A DNA stretch of 64,000 bases from a virus (IMGVR_UViG_3300048693_000367:1-64000); one strand, 5' to 3'. Counted from the first letter of the stretch, positions 8,282-18,128 are shown. Translations and numbers: made by a program. Notes: generated from the letters alone by a model not told the origin.

Positions 8282-8322
8282 TGGAACATCACAGGAAACG
8301 ATAACAATTTTGGAGAACAAAG

Positions 8323-11001
8323 ATGAAGTTGGCAGATCGCACAGTTGAAGTTCATAGTGCTGGTATTAGTAGTGCGAATCAGTTTACTATTGCACAAACC
8401 AGTAAAATGTTTAAGATTTTGTCGGATTCTCTTTATTCCGACAAAGTAATGGCAGTTATTCGTGAACTTGCCACAAATGCTTATGATAGTCATGTTAGTG
8501 CTGGCAATAAGAATCCTTTCTCTGTAAAGTTGCCAACCGCTGCTGATCCTAATTTTAGCGTGCGTGATTATGGCACTGGTCTTAGTCAAAAAGATATGGA
8601 GCATCTGTATACAACTTACGGTGCGTCCAATAAGAATGATAGTAATGACTTTGTTGGTTGTCTTGGTCTAGGTTCTAAGAGTCCGTTTGCTTATACCAAG
8701 AGTTTTACTACCACTTCTTATTTTAATGGCACTCAATATACTTATATTGCCGCTATTGATGATGCTGGTGTTCCTACTCTGAACCTTATTCATTCGTGCG
8801 AAACATCCGAACCTAATGGTCTTGAGATTAGTTTTGCTGTTAAGCAATATGACTTTACAGAGTTTAGTCAGAAGGCTATTAGGGTTTTTCATTATTTTAG
8901 AATTAAGCCAATTATTACTGGTGGAGTTCATTGGGATTTCACTAAGGATTATGACAATAAAAATATTGTTATTAGTGGTGAAGGATGGAGGGTCTGCCGC
9001 CTAAATAATGATACTAGACTTTTCCCGAACCATCATCACAAGATTAATAGTGGTGTTATTGCTCTGATGGGTAATATCGCCTATCCTGTTCAGGTAGAAA
9101 ATCTGATCGGTGAAGAGAAGGCTGAAACTCCAGACCATATTGCTCGTTGGAATAGGGCTTTTAACAAGGCGGATATTGCGTCTTGGAAGAGTTTTGTTGG
9201 CGAAGTAATTAATCATGGTCTGTATCTTGAGTTGGATTTTGGTATTGGCGAACTTGAAATGGATGTTAGTCGAGAAGGTTTGCAGTATACCAAAGATGTA
9301 ATCAAGAATCTTCGTCGAAAGACTCAGGAGATTTTTGCAGAACTAAAGGATATGTTTTCGGAAAAGATCGCCTCTGCTAAAACTAAGGTGGAAGCAATCA
9401 CTACCTATTATCAGTTGAACGACCTTGCTGGTGGATGGGGCGTTGGTGCTTCATGGACTGATAGTAATGGCAAGGTACATGATATTAGTTCAGGTTCTGA
9501 TCTGGAGTATAAGTTTAAGAAGAGTAAGAATCTGTATGTCTTTAATTATCGTACAGCGGGCTATCGTTCTCGTCGTATGGTTTATTTGACAGATAGAATT
9601 CATCACGAAACTCTTACTGGTAAGGGAGCCGCATATTGGAATTCCACAAGAAAGAGTGGAGAAATGAAATTCTTCTACTGTGATATGGCAGCAGTAGAAA
9701 CAGCAAAGAAGATTGCCACAAAGTATTCAAATCAAAATGATTGTTTTGTATACCTTATGGTAGACACAGAAGATCACAAAAATGTTACTAAGGGTTTTGA
9801 TGATCTAGTGTCTGATGTTGGAGAGGATAATGTACTCAATATATCAGACTATCGTGATCTTATTAAGTCAACACCAAAGAATAAGGGAAGTAAGGGTAGT
9901 AAGGGTAGTGTCAGCGATCAAGATGTTTTCTTGATTATTGGTGACCAAAAGAATACCAGTCCTTTGACTATTGGTTATAATTCTTCTCCGTATATGAGAA
10001 GCATGACAACTGATCGTCTGGATGACTTTTTGGAAGAGGACACTATCGTATATGTTCCTATTCTACGATATGCTTCTACAACTAATTTTCCATCAGTAAC
10101 TGAAATCTATAAGCAATTGTCTGGTGACAATATCAAGAGAATTCCAGATTTTCTTGGTGATACAAATATCTATGCTATCAAGCATAATTTTGTACAGAAA
10201 CTAGTCAATGAAGGATACAACCTTGTGGATTTTAATACTTGGATGCAAGAGCGTCTAAAGGATTATAATAAGAACAAGTTTGCTGACATGATTAAGTTTA
10301 ATACTATGGTGGAGAATTGTAAGAAAGAATTGTCTAGCGAAGATAGAACCACTTCAGATTACTATGGAAGAGGTTCAACAGACAAGACTGTTCTGTATCA
10401 TATTCTTAATATCTTTGGTCTGGAATATGAAAAGTATATTCCTAACAAGGAATTGGTCAAGTGTCTAGATAGTCTAATGGTTATGGAGTTTTTTGCGGAT
10501 ACTATTCATCGAGATAACTTTGATATGAGTAGATTTTCTGCCAAAGATTATTATGGTCTAATTACCAGACTATTGAGCGACATTGGAATCAATGGACTTG
10601 ATAGTAAAGAGATTAAGACCATGAATATCGCATATAATACTATTCTACATATGCTCGCTTGTTTGTATCATCTTGAGACTGACAACAAAGCATATGAAAA
10701 ATATACAGATATTATTAAGAGTAATTCTGGTGATTTGTACAAGATGCCCAGCATGGATACGATAAGAAATACTTTGAAAGTGGAACTTGACAAGAACCCC
10801 ATGCTCAAGTATATTATTGCCAGTGTCAGTGTTGATGGCAACATCAGAAGTCTGAACAAAAACCCAAATCCTCTAAAACAGGTTGAGGGTAATGGTAGTC
10901 GATATCATTACTATGGCAATACTGGTGGTAGAGAAAGTTGGTTTCAAAAACTGGATGATGTGGAGTCATTCAGACAACAATTGAGTAGCACAATCGGTTA
11001 A
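8323..11001 (+). CDS. rIIA: rIIA-like protein (N-terminal GHKL ATPase)
   Basis: LSDSLYSDK..AVIRELATNAYDSH, VRDYGTGLS, GCLGLGSKSPFAY, SREGLQY; followed by an rIIB-like gene. Confidence 0.9.
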   Translation: MKLADRTVEVHSAGISSANQFTIAQTSKMFKILSDSLYSDKVMAVIRELATNAYDSHVSAGNKNPFSVKLPTAADPNFSVRDYGTGLSQKDMEHLYTTYGASNKNDSNDFVGCLGLGSKSPFAYTKSFTTTSYFNGTQYTYIAAIDDAGVPTLNLIHSCETSEPNGLEISFAVKQYDFTEFSQKAIRVFHYFRIKPIITGGVHWDFTKDYDNKNIVISGEGWRVCRLNNDTRLFPNHHHKINSGVIALMGNIAYPVQVENLIGEEKAETPDHIARWNRAFNKADIASWKSFVGEVINHGLYLELDFGIGELEMDVSREGLQYTKDVIKNLRRKTQEIFAELKDMFSEKIASAKTKVEAITTYYQLNDLAGGWGVGASWTDSNGKVHDISSGSDLEYKFKKSKNLYVFNYRTAGYRSRRMVYLTDRIHHETLTGKGAAYWNSTRKSGEMKFFYCDMAAVETAKKIATKYSNQNDCFVYLMVDTEDHKNVTKGFDDLVSDVGEDNVLNISDYRDLIKSTPKNKGSKGSKGSVSDQDVFLIIGDQKNTSPLTIGYNSSPYMRSMTTDRLDDFLEEDTIVYVPILRYASTTNFPSVTEIYKQLSGDNIKRIPDFLGDTNIYAIKHNFVQKLVNEGYNLVDFNTWMQERLKDYNKNKFADMIKFNTMVENCKKELSSEDRTTSDYYGRGSTDKTVLYHILNIFGLEYEKYIPNKELVKCLDSLMVMEFFADTIHRDNFDMSRFSAKDYYGLITRLLSDIGINGLDSKEIKTMNIAYNTILHMLACLYHLETDNKAYEKYTDIIKSNSGDLYKMPSMDTIRNTLKVELDKNPMLKYIIASVSVDGNIRSLNKNPNPLKQVEGNGSRYHYYGNTGGRESWFQKLDDVESFRQQLSSTIG

Positions 11002-11026
11002 TTTCACAGGAAAACAGGAGTTTACA

Positions 11027-11884
11027 ATGAGCGTTCCTTTTATGTGGGTTGATGGTAATCTGACTCTGGTGCTTAATAATAAGACTTATCAGGTCTTGCC
11101 AGATCATATTAATTACAAGACGATCCTAGAGATTCTACCAACTGCTACAGCAGATGAACTTTTGGATATTGTGGATGTGGAAAAGGCTGTTGCTAGTTTT
11201 AGTGATGGTCTTGTGGAGATTAAGAACGGCCAAGTCACCTATGAGGGCGAGGTTGTTCATGGTAGTATCAGTAAGCGTATTCTGGAGTTTATGAGCAAGG
11301 GCTTGCCTTTCCAGCCTCTTGTTAATTTCCTGAATAATCTTATGGACAATCCTAGTATGCAAAGCCAAAAGGAACTTTATGATTTCCTTGAACATGAGCA
11401 TTTACCTATTACTGAGGATGGTTTTTTCCTTGCCTATAAGGCTGTTAGGAATGATTTTAAGGACAAGTATCGTGGCGTATTTGATAATAGCGTTGGTCAA
11501 ATAGTTAAGATGCAACGAGCCAAGGTCGATGATGATCGTGCCAGAGGATGTTCTGATGGACTTCATGCTGGTGCATTGAACTATGTGGCGAGTTATGGTA
11601 GTGTCGATGCTGGTGATCGTATTGTGATCGTCAAGATTAATCCCCGTGATGTTGTTAGCGTTCCGACAGATTGTAATTGTGAGAAACTTCGCACTTGCCA
11701 ATATGAAGTTGTTGGAGAGTATCAAGGCGAACTACTCAAGCCTCTTTACGCGGCCACCTTTAGCGAGGATGAATATGCCGATGATGAAGATGATCATGAT
11801 TACGATTGGGGTTGGAATGATGATGAAGAAGATGTTGATGAAGATTATTATGCTGACGAGGAAGATTACGACGATCAGTATTGA
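11027..11884 (+). CDS. rIIB: rIIB-like protein
   Basis: ITEDGFFLAYKAV, CSDGLHAG, VKINPRDVVSVPTD, KLRTCQYEVV. Confidence 0.9.
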   Translation: MSVPFMWVDGNLTLVLNNKTYQVLPDHINYKTILEILPTATADELLDIVDVEKAVASFSDGLVEIKNGQVTYEGEVVHGSISKRILEFMSKGLPFQPLVNFLNNLMDNPSMQSQKELYDFLEHEHLPITEDGFFLAYKAVRNDFKDKYRGVFDNSVGQIVKMQRAKVDDDRARGCSDGLHAGALNYVASYGSVDAGDRIVIVKINPRDVVSVPTDCNCEKLRTCQYEVVGEYQGELLKPLYAATFSEDEYADDEDDHDYDWGWNDDEEDVDEDYYADEEDYDDQY

Positions 11885-11895
11885 TACTAAAAAAG

Positions 11896-11984
11896 AAAGT
11901 GGAGTCTGGTGACTAAGATCATAACCTCTAGTTTTTACCCATCTAACTATGTTGTGTGAGAGGGTTCGATTCCCTCCCACGTTT
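11896..11984 (+). ncRNA. tRNA-like RNA with an elongated, non-canonical anticodon arm
   Basis: T arm GAGGG-TTCGATT-CCCTC, acceptor AAAGTGG/CCACGTT, D-like TCT-GGTGACTA-AGA, long CATAAC..TAGTT/AACTA..GTTGTG stem. Confidence 0.55.
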
Positions 11985-11998
11985 TTAAAGGATAAATA

Positions 11999-12406
11999 AT
12001 GCACGAAGATTATGACAATGAATATGATGATGATGAATATGATTACGATCATCCTTCATTAAATCCATACCAATGGTTTTTTAAGTTTGATGTTGGTCAG
12101 GATAGTCCATTGTCGTCTTGGATATCTGATCTTATTAATAGTGTAATGAATAATGATTTTGATATTCAAAATATTCCTGCTTTTCCTGTTAACAAGTTTC
12201 CTGTGAATAGTTGGAATCCCGATGCTGGTAAGGGTAAAATCTTCCAGTATTTGGGATCCAATTATAATGGTGAACCAATATGGAAAAGTAAATATTTTAT
12301 CCATGATGAATTACAATCAGAATATATTAATCATTTAAGTAGTCATGCCGCATATTTTGTAAAACAACCATCGTATTATAAGTCTTTATATGAAATTCTA
12401 AATTAG
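11999..12406 (+). CDS. hypothetical protein
   Basis: ORF with AAGGA RBS. Confidence 0.65.
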   Translation: MHEDYDNEYDDDEYDYDHPSLNPYQWFFKFDVGQDSPLSSWISDLINSVMNNDFDIQNIPAFPVNKFPVNSWNPDAGKGKIFQYLGSNYNGEPIWKSKYFIHDELQSEYINHLSSHAAYFVKQPSYYKSLYEILN

Positions 12407-12415
12407 AAAATATTA

Positions 12416-12844
12416 ATGAATAATCAATGGTATGCAATAAATAATTTTGAAGAATTTATTAATGCCTCTAGAGCATTAATCTTTAATAGTTTTGGTAAAA
12501 GTGTAGATGATTCTGATCAAGATCCTATTGATAGTCTAATAAATTGTACTCAACAATCAGATAAAGAAGAACTAGACAAATCATTATCATATGATGAGTC
12601 TGCTGTTATAGCCAAAACAATTTTTACATTTGATCAAGATAAATACTTAGTAAGCGATAAAGATTTTATGAAATTTTTAGAACTTCTAAACGATAGACTA
12701 GTCAGTAATATTTTAAATAACTTGGCAAACATGGGTCTAGTAGAATCAGCATATGACAATGATTCAAATGACTTTGTTTTTTGGATAAAAGATGAACATA
12801 AAGAAGACATCAAAAAAATTATTGAAAATCCAGAAACCGATTGA
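12416..12844 (+). CDS. hypothetical protein
   Basis: ORF in operon context. Confidence 0.7.
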   Translation: MNNQWYAINNFEEFINASRALIFNSFGKSVDDSDQDPIDSLINCTQQSDKEELDKSLSYDESAVIAKTIFTFDQDKYLVSDKDFMKFLELLNDRLVSNILNNLANMGLVESAYDNDSNDFVFWIKDEHKEDIKKIIENPETD

Positions 12845-13187
12845 GTACGACATTCATCTGAAATATAGATGTAAAAAATGTGCTCAAGATCATTGGCTAT
12901 CTTTAAATGAGGCATCTACCAAAAATTTTAAAGTAGTCTGCTGCTGTGGTGAAGTGTTTGGCGTTAGGCTAGTAAAAGGCTTTAAACTTAAATACGAACC
13001 ACAGACCACTAAAAAGATACATAAAATTCCGGTTGATCTACTGGACAAGTCTGTTAAATTATTGGTTGGTTATGGATTTACCAACACAGAAGCAACCGAT
13101 TTAATACAGACTTCTTATATGAAAAATCCTAATGATGATTTTGCGTCTTTGGTTAAACAAACTTTGGCATCAATGAGGAACGACTAA
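12792..13187 (+). CDS. Zn-ribbon protein with a RuvA domain III-like C-terminus
   Basis: CKKC...CCCG, then KSVKLLVGYGFTNTEATDLI...DFASLVKQTL; stop overlaps ruvB start; true start may be slightly downstream. Confidence 0.6.
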   Translation: MNIKKTSKKLLKIQKPIEYDIHLKYRCKKCAQDHWLSLNEASTKNFKVVCCCGEVFGVRLVKGFKLKYEPQTTKKIHKIPVDLLDKSVKLLVGYGFTNTEATDLIQTSYMKNPNDDFASLVKQTLASMRND

Positions 13188-14086
13188 TGGCAACTAATAT
13201 TATGCGACCCACAACTTTTGAGGATGTTATAGGCCAACAAGATGTTGTATCACGACTCCGTATCGTGGTGAGAGGCTGTTTAAACTCACAGGGGGTGATG
13301 CCCCATGTTTTAATAGATGGGCCACCGGGGCTTGGTAAAACAACCATAGCGGGTGCTATAGCCAGTGAGTTGGATACCAACCTATACACTGTGAACGCGG
13401 CAAACATTAGAAGTGTCAAGAATATTCTACCATATCTTATGGGTATAGAGGCAAAGTCTGTGCTATTTATAGATGAGATTCATAGGCTTCCTAAGATAGT
13501 AGAAGAATTCTTATATCCAGTAATGGAAGATTTTACGCTTAATATTACTCTGGATACTAAACCAGAAATTATTGACCTACCAATGTTCACTATTATTGGT
13601 GCTACAACTAGTGGTGGTAGTCTAAGCCAGCCATTTTATGATCGTTTCACAATAAAAGAACATCTTTCTTTTTATACCCCTGATGAGTTAGCCGAACTAG
13701 CCGGATTGAACGCAAATAAACTCGGACTAATCATTGACAAGTCTGATCTACTAGAAATAGCAAAAAGAAGCAAAGGCACACCAAGAATTCTAAATGCTAG
13801 ACTACAGTGGTATAAAAATTACACGGCATTTTATGAGAATCAAAAGACAGATATTGATGAAATATTTAACAGTCAGGGTATTGATAGTAGAGGATTAGAT
13901 GCTTATGATAGACTATATTTGGATGTGTTACAAAAATCCAGATGCAATCCTTTAGGGCTAAAAAGCATATCTTCTATGACGGGAATCGCAATTGAAACGA
14001 TAGAAAATAGTATAGAACCATATTTAATTAGAGAAAAATTTGTTATTAGAACACCGAAAGGTCGAGTAATAGGAAACAAAAAATGA
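13187..14086 (+). CDS. ruvB: Holliday junction branch migration ATPase RuvB
   Basis: MRPTTFEDVIGQ, GPPGLGKTT, LFIDEIHRL, LYPVMEDF, GATT, GTPRI, IEPYL, RTPKGR. Confidence 0.95.
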   Translation: MATNIMRPTTFEDVIGQQDVVSRLRIVVRGCLNSQGVMPHVLIDGPPGLGKTTIAGAIASELDTNLYTVNAANIRSVKNILPYLMGIEAKSVLFIDEIHRLPKIVEEFLYPVMEDFTLNITLDTKPEIIDLPMFTIIGATTSGGSLSQPFYDRFTIKEHLSFYTPDELAELAGLNANKLGLIIDKSDLLEIAKRSKGTPRILNARLQWYKNYTAFYENQKTDIDEIFNSQGIDSRGLDAYDRLYLDVLQKSRCNPLGLKSISSMTGIAIETIENSIEPYLIREKFVIRTPKGRVIGNKK

Positions 14087-14463
14087 AATTCATTCTATTC
14101 TCAATATTTGCTTTATTACTATCGTCCATAACATATGCTGTTGAACCGCCCGTTTTTGTATATGATATGGTAGATGCTTTAGCGTTGTCAGAAAATACTA
14201 ATAAACAAATACTAGTAGTATTTACAGCAGATTGGTGCAAACAATGTCAGATTATGAAAAAAGACATTACTGATAATCCAGGTATGGTTTCTGATACAAT
14301 AGTTTGTTATTTAAATCTTGATTCCAATCAAGCCCTAGCAAAAGAATATAATGTCAAATTTATTCCAGACTATTGTATCCTAAGAAAGACCATTCAAGTT
14401 AGAAGGCAGCGTGGATATACTACAAAAGAAAAATTTATTAAATGGTTTCAAGATGACAAATAG
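14083..14463 (+). CDS. exported thioredoxin-fold protein
   Basis: Signal peptide; FTADWCKQC. Confidence 0.8.
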   Translation: MKFILFSIFALLLSSITYAVEPPVFVYDMVDALALSENTNKQILVVFTADWCKQCQIMKKDITDNPGMVSDTIVCYLNLDSNQALAKEYNVKFIPDYCILRKTIQVRRQRGYTTKEKFIKWFQDDK

Positions 14464-14749
14464 TATCATTATTATTTTTATACTTTTAATTTTAAATGTT
14501 GTCTCTTTTATTTTAGGTTTACTATGCGGCAAGATTTTACTCTCTTCAACAACCACACACAATACAGAATCTTTTTTTAAGCAACAAAATAGAAAAGAAA
14601 AAAATACCATATCTATTGATGATACAAAATATGTTGTGGATATTAAAACAGATAATTTAGAGAAAAAATATGACAAATTGGGAGATACTAAACAATCCAC
14701 AGAACAGATATCCTCGTCCATAAACAAACTCAAGAATCTCAAAAAATAG
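14453..14749 (+). CDS. small membrane-anchored protein
   Basis: N-terminal TM helix; ISIDDTKYVVDIKTDNL; basic amphipathic C-terminus. Confidence 0.7.
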   Translation: MTNSIIIIFILLILNVVSFILGLLCGKILLSSTTTHNTESFFKQQNRKEKNTISIDDTKYVVDIKTDNLEKKYDKLGDTKQSTEQISSSINKLKNLKK

Positions 14750-14901
14750 GCTATTTATTAGGCAAAAACGCCAACCATAGTAATCATAATGGTGTATCTA
14801 ACAATGTGCGAACACAACAGATTAAGGACATTAAAACTAATCAATCTGTTTCTATTGATGAAACCAAGGTTGTAACTAGTATTAATACTGATAATATGTA
14901 A
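14749..14901 (+). pseudogene. start-less divergent copy of the preceding membrane-protein gene
   Basis: GYLLGK...VSIDETKVVTSINTDNM* versus GLLCGK...ISIDDTKYVVDIKTDNLE in 14453-14749. Confidence 0.65.
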
Positions 14902-14987
14902 AAAAATCTTTAAAAAAATTCGAAAAACAACAGGTAGAAAAAATTTCTAAATATAAGAGATACAATATCAGTAAAAACTATGATAAT

Positions 14988-15308
14988 TTGTATGGTATAA
15001 ATAATCCTTTTTATGGGAAAAAACATACAAAAACCCTAAAGAAAAAATTATCAGTTATTGCTAAAACCCGAACAGGTAATAAAAATGCAAATTATGGTAA
15101 TCAATATTCTACAGAAACACGAATTAAAGCTGGACATAATAAAAAAACTAAACTAACAAAACAAAAGGTATACAGAATTCTCAATATTAAAAATAAGACA
15201 CACCAAGAAATAGCAGATATATACAATGTGTCAAGAAGCGTTATTACTAGAATTAAAAACGGTAGTCGCTGGGGCTTAATAACTAATATTAAAGGAGATA
15301 ATATATGA
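14988..15308 (+). pseudogene. homing endonuclease DNA-binding remnant (NUMOD3 + HTH)
   Basis: NNPFYGKKHT NUMOD3 motif and THQEIADIYNVSRSVITRIKNG HTH; no nuclease domain; TTG start. Confidence 0.65.
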
Positions 15309-16312
15309 GTGGACGTGGATTAGATGTGGGGACATCTTATATAGTATTATCAACAGATAAACCCGATGGCACTGTTGAATATAAAGATTTTAGAGATGCT
15401 TTTTATATTATTAAACCAACAACACCTGTTGCTACAAAAATGATAGAAAAGGGCTTGTCCGGTAAAACTTTTATTAAAGATATAGATGGCTCTTTTATTC
15501 TTCTAGGAAAAGACGCTATCGAAAAGGCTATAGAAAGAAATGATACGGCTAAACGACCAATGTATAGGGGCGTAGTATCTGCAAAAGAAAAAGATGCTAA
15601 AAGAATTCTAGCCTTTATTCTTAAAGAGGTTGCTGGTCAAGCGTCCGAACAAAATGAAAAATTAGTATTTTGCGTTCCAGCACAACCAGTAGATCAAGAT
15701 GATGATGATTTCGACGTTGGATATCATGAAGATATTGTCAAAACAGTATTAGCAGAATGTGGGTATGATGCAAGATCAATTAATGAAGCAGAAGCATTAT
15801 GCTATGCTGAACTTGATAATGATGATTATACTGGTATAGCAATTAGTTGTGGTGCTGGCATGACAAATATTTGTGTTATGTTAAACGGCGAACCAACAGT
15901 AGTCTTTAGCACCACCAAGTCAGGCGACTGGGTTGATCGTATGAGCGCCGTGGCGACCGGAGAACCCGATAGTGTTGTTCAAGCAGAGAAGGAGGCTGGA
16001 GGTTTTAAAGTTGGCGAACCAAACGAAAATCCAGTGTTGTCTGCCGTGTCAGCGTATTATGATCGCCTCATAGAATATACTGCCAAACAACTATCAAGCG
16101 CATTATCTGATCACAAATCGCTTCCAAAATTTAAAAATCCATTAACAATTGTGGTAGCTGGTGGTACTTCTCAAGCAGATGGGTATATAGATTTATTTAC
16201 TAAAAAATTAATAGAAAATAATTTTCCATTACAAATAAAAGAGGTTAGACACGCAACAGATCCTTTGCACGCGGTTTCTAAGGGATGTTTAATAGCAGCG
16301 AAAGTGTTGTAA
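15305..16312 (+). CDS. actin-like ATPase (MreB/FtsA/ParM superfamily)
   Basis: GLDVGTS (phosphate 1), INEAEA (connect 1), SCGAGMTN (phosphate 2), VAGGTS (adenosine), DPLHAVSKG. Confidence 0.85.
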   Translation: MSGRGLDVGTSYIVLSTDKPDGTVEYKDFRDAFYIIKPTTPVATKMIEKGLSGKTFIKDIDGSFILLGKDAIEKAIERNDTAKRPMYRGVVSAKEKDAKRILAFILKEVAGQASEQNEKLVFCVPAQPVDQDDDDFDVGYHEDIVKTVLAECGYDARSINEAEALCYAELDNDDYTGIAISCGAGMTNICVMLNGEPTVVFSTTKSGDWVDRMSAVATGEPDSVVQAEKEAGGFKVGEPNENPVLSAVSAYYDRLIEYTAKQLSSALSDHKSLPKFKNPLTIVVAGGTSQADGYIDLFTKKLIENNFPLQIKEVRHATDPLHAVSKGCLIAAKVL

Positions 16313-16827
16313 TGATCTCGTTAGAGTCTTTAGGTTTTAAAATAATACCAAACTTTCTATCAGAGAAAGAAGAAAGAGAAATATTATCTCATTTAACACT
16401 ATCAAAAAAAGTATCTGGTGAAACCAGATCTAGTATTAAAAGATATGGATCTAATATTCCATATAAAAATCAAATAGTTTCTGATAAAATTCCTGAGTAT
16501 CTAGAGCATATAAGTAAAAAAATTTTTGCTCAAGGATTACTTAAAGAAATACCAGATTCTATCTCTATTAATGAATATCAAACAGGCAATGCTATAGCTC
16601 CTCATATTGATAGTTTATCTAGTGGTCCAATAATTACCATAGTCAGCTTATTATCGGATGCTGTTATGGTGTTTTCAAACAATAATCAACACATATCTCG
16701 CTTAGTCCCTGCTCGTAGTCTGGTTCAATTTAGCGGCCCGTTAAGATTTGATTGGGAACACTCTATAGAGCCTGTCGAATCCACAAGATTTTCTATAGTT
16801 TTCAGATCTGGGAAAAAGAGTGTATAA
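16312..16827 (+). CDS. AlkB-family 2OG-Fe(II) dioxygenase
   Basis: NEYQTGNAIAPHID (HxD), WEHSI, RFSIVFR. Confidence 0.85.
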   Translation: MISLESLGFKIIPNFLSEKEEREILSHLTLSKKVSGETRSSIKRYGSNIPYKNQIVSDKIPEYLEHISKKIFAQGLLKEIPDSISINEYQTGNAIAPHIDSLSSGPIITIVSLLSDAVMVFSNNNQHISRLVPARSLVQFSGPLRFDWEHSIEPVESTRFSIVFRSGKKSV

Positions 16828-16843
16828 CAATAGGAGGTGATTT

Positions 16844-17575
16844 ATGTTAAAAATATTATTTATGTTATTATTATTAATAGCTAGCATAGTTAATGCTGGA
16901 ACTATAGACCCAGAGGTTCCCGATCATAAATATACAGAATATGCCAAAGATTTTAATTATGTGGTTAGTCTATGTGGAAAAGGATCAGACGATAAAAACT
17001 ATTGTGCATCAGCAGTTGTTATTAAACCATTTTATATTCTAACAGCTGCCCATGTTATTAAGGATGCTCGTAGTGGAACGATAGTTGTAGACAACAAAAA
17101 ATATGATATTGAATATTTTAATTATCCCAATGAATATGAAGACAATAAATTTGGACAATATGATATTGCTATAGGTAAATTAAAGGATTCAGTTCAGTTA
17201 GAATTTTATCCACCATTATATAAAGATCGTGATGAGGCTGGTAAAATATGTTGTATATCTGGATTTGGATTAACTGGCACATTTAATACCGGGGCTATAA
17301 TCTCTGATAACAAACGTAGGGCAGGGTCGAATATTATTGATCATATAGATAGACATCTTTTAATATGCTCTCCATCAAAATCTAAAATGAAAACTAGTCT
17401 AGAATTTCTAATAGCGGTCGGAGATAGTGGAGGTGGACTATTTATAGACGGAAAACTCGCTGGTATAAATTCTTGTGTTATAGCAGACAAGGCTCCTAGA
17501 TCAGACTATTTAACAGAAAGTGGTCACACAAGAATAAGCAATTTCATAGAATGGATAGAAGAGAATACTAAATAA
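16844..17575 (+). CDS. secreted trypsin-like serine protease
   Basis: Signal peptide; LTAAH, DIA, GDSGGG catalytic triad motifs. Confidence 0.9.
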   Translation: MLKILFMLLLLIASIVNAGTIDPEVPDHKYTEYAKDFNYVVSLCGKGSDDKNYCASAVVIKPFYILTAAHVIKDARSGTIVVDNKKYDIEYFNYPNEYEDNKFGQYDIAIGKLKDSVQLEFYPPLYKDRDEAGKICCISGFGLTGTFNTGAIISDNKRRAGSNIIDHIDRHLLICSPSKSKMKTSLEFLIAVGDSGGGLFIDGKLAGINSCVIADKAPRSDYLTESGHTRISNFIEWIEENTK

Positions 17576-17713
17576 TATTATATCCACCCGCTGCATAATA
17601 AATATATCCAACACGGTCGTTTGTCAAGCGAAACAAAATCTTATTACTCACTTGACTTCAAAAATTCACAACCTAATAGTAAGTATTAGATTCATATACA
17701 AACTCAAACCAAT

Positions 17714-17893
17714 ATGTCAGATTCAGATAAAAAAGACGTTCGACGCCAAAAATTTTTAGATAAAAGCTTTAAAAAAGAAAAAGTTTCTGAAGAACAAAAG
17801 TTTGTTGCTAAAAATAAAAAACAACTCAAGCGACGTATGGAAAACATGAAAGCAGAAGAGTTGTGGGAAGATTGGGAAAATGAAATATATTGA
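17714..17893 (+). CDS. small charged hypothetical protein (59 aa)
   Basis: MSDSDKKDVRRQKF...EELWEDWENEIY; overlaps next ATG. Confidence 0.55.
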   Translation: MSDSDKKDVRRQKFLDKSFKKEKVSEEQKFVAKNKKQLKRRMENMKAEELWEDWENEIY

Positions 17894-18128
17894 AGAACTT
17901 TGCCCCGGAGACACTTTTCAGAGTAATAATAAATTTTTCTTATTAACTTCTGATTTTAAAAAAAGCGGAGCAAAACTAGCATTTTCCCTGCAAGACGGCT
18001 CTGCTAAATGGTTTGATAGTCAGACTATTATTGAGACCCTATCAATATATAGACTCGACAATGAAAATAATACTATTCCATTAAAAGTATCGTATAATGT
18101 TCCTAATCAAATTACAAACATTTCTTAA
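17880..18128 (+). CDS. hypothetical protein
   Basis: ORF in overlapping-gene run. Confidence 0.6.
   Translation: MKYIEELCPGDTFQSNNKFFLLTSDFKKSGAKLAFSLQDGSAKWFDSQTIIETLSIYRLDNENNTIPLKVSYNVPNQITNIS

Noticed and set aside
1457-11019. CACAGGA motif in the leaders of ligase, rIIA and rIIB as a regulator site
   Set aside because: Only three cases, overlapping or resembling Shine-Dalgarno sequences; not separable from chance by eye
11760-12050. GAT/GAA-rich low-complexity repeats (also about 39700-39760)
   Set aside because: They simply encode acidic protein tails
14791-14797. GGTGTAT at 14791 (and at 49017) as late promoters
   Set aside because: 14791 lies inside the gene remnant far from a good start, and 49017 is too close to the next ATG; both may be chance
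17595-17627. Minus-strand TTGACA as an antisense promoter toward the protease gene
   Set aside because: No convincing -10 at proper spacing and no downstream minus-strand gene
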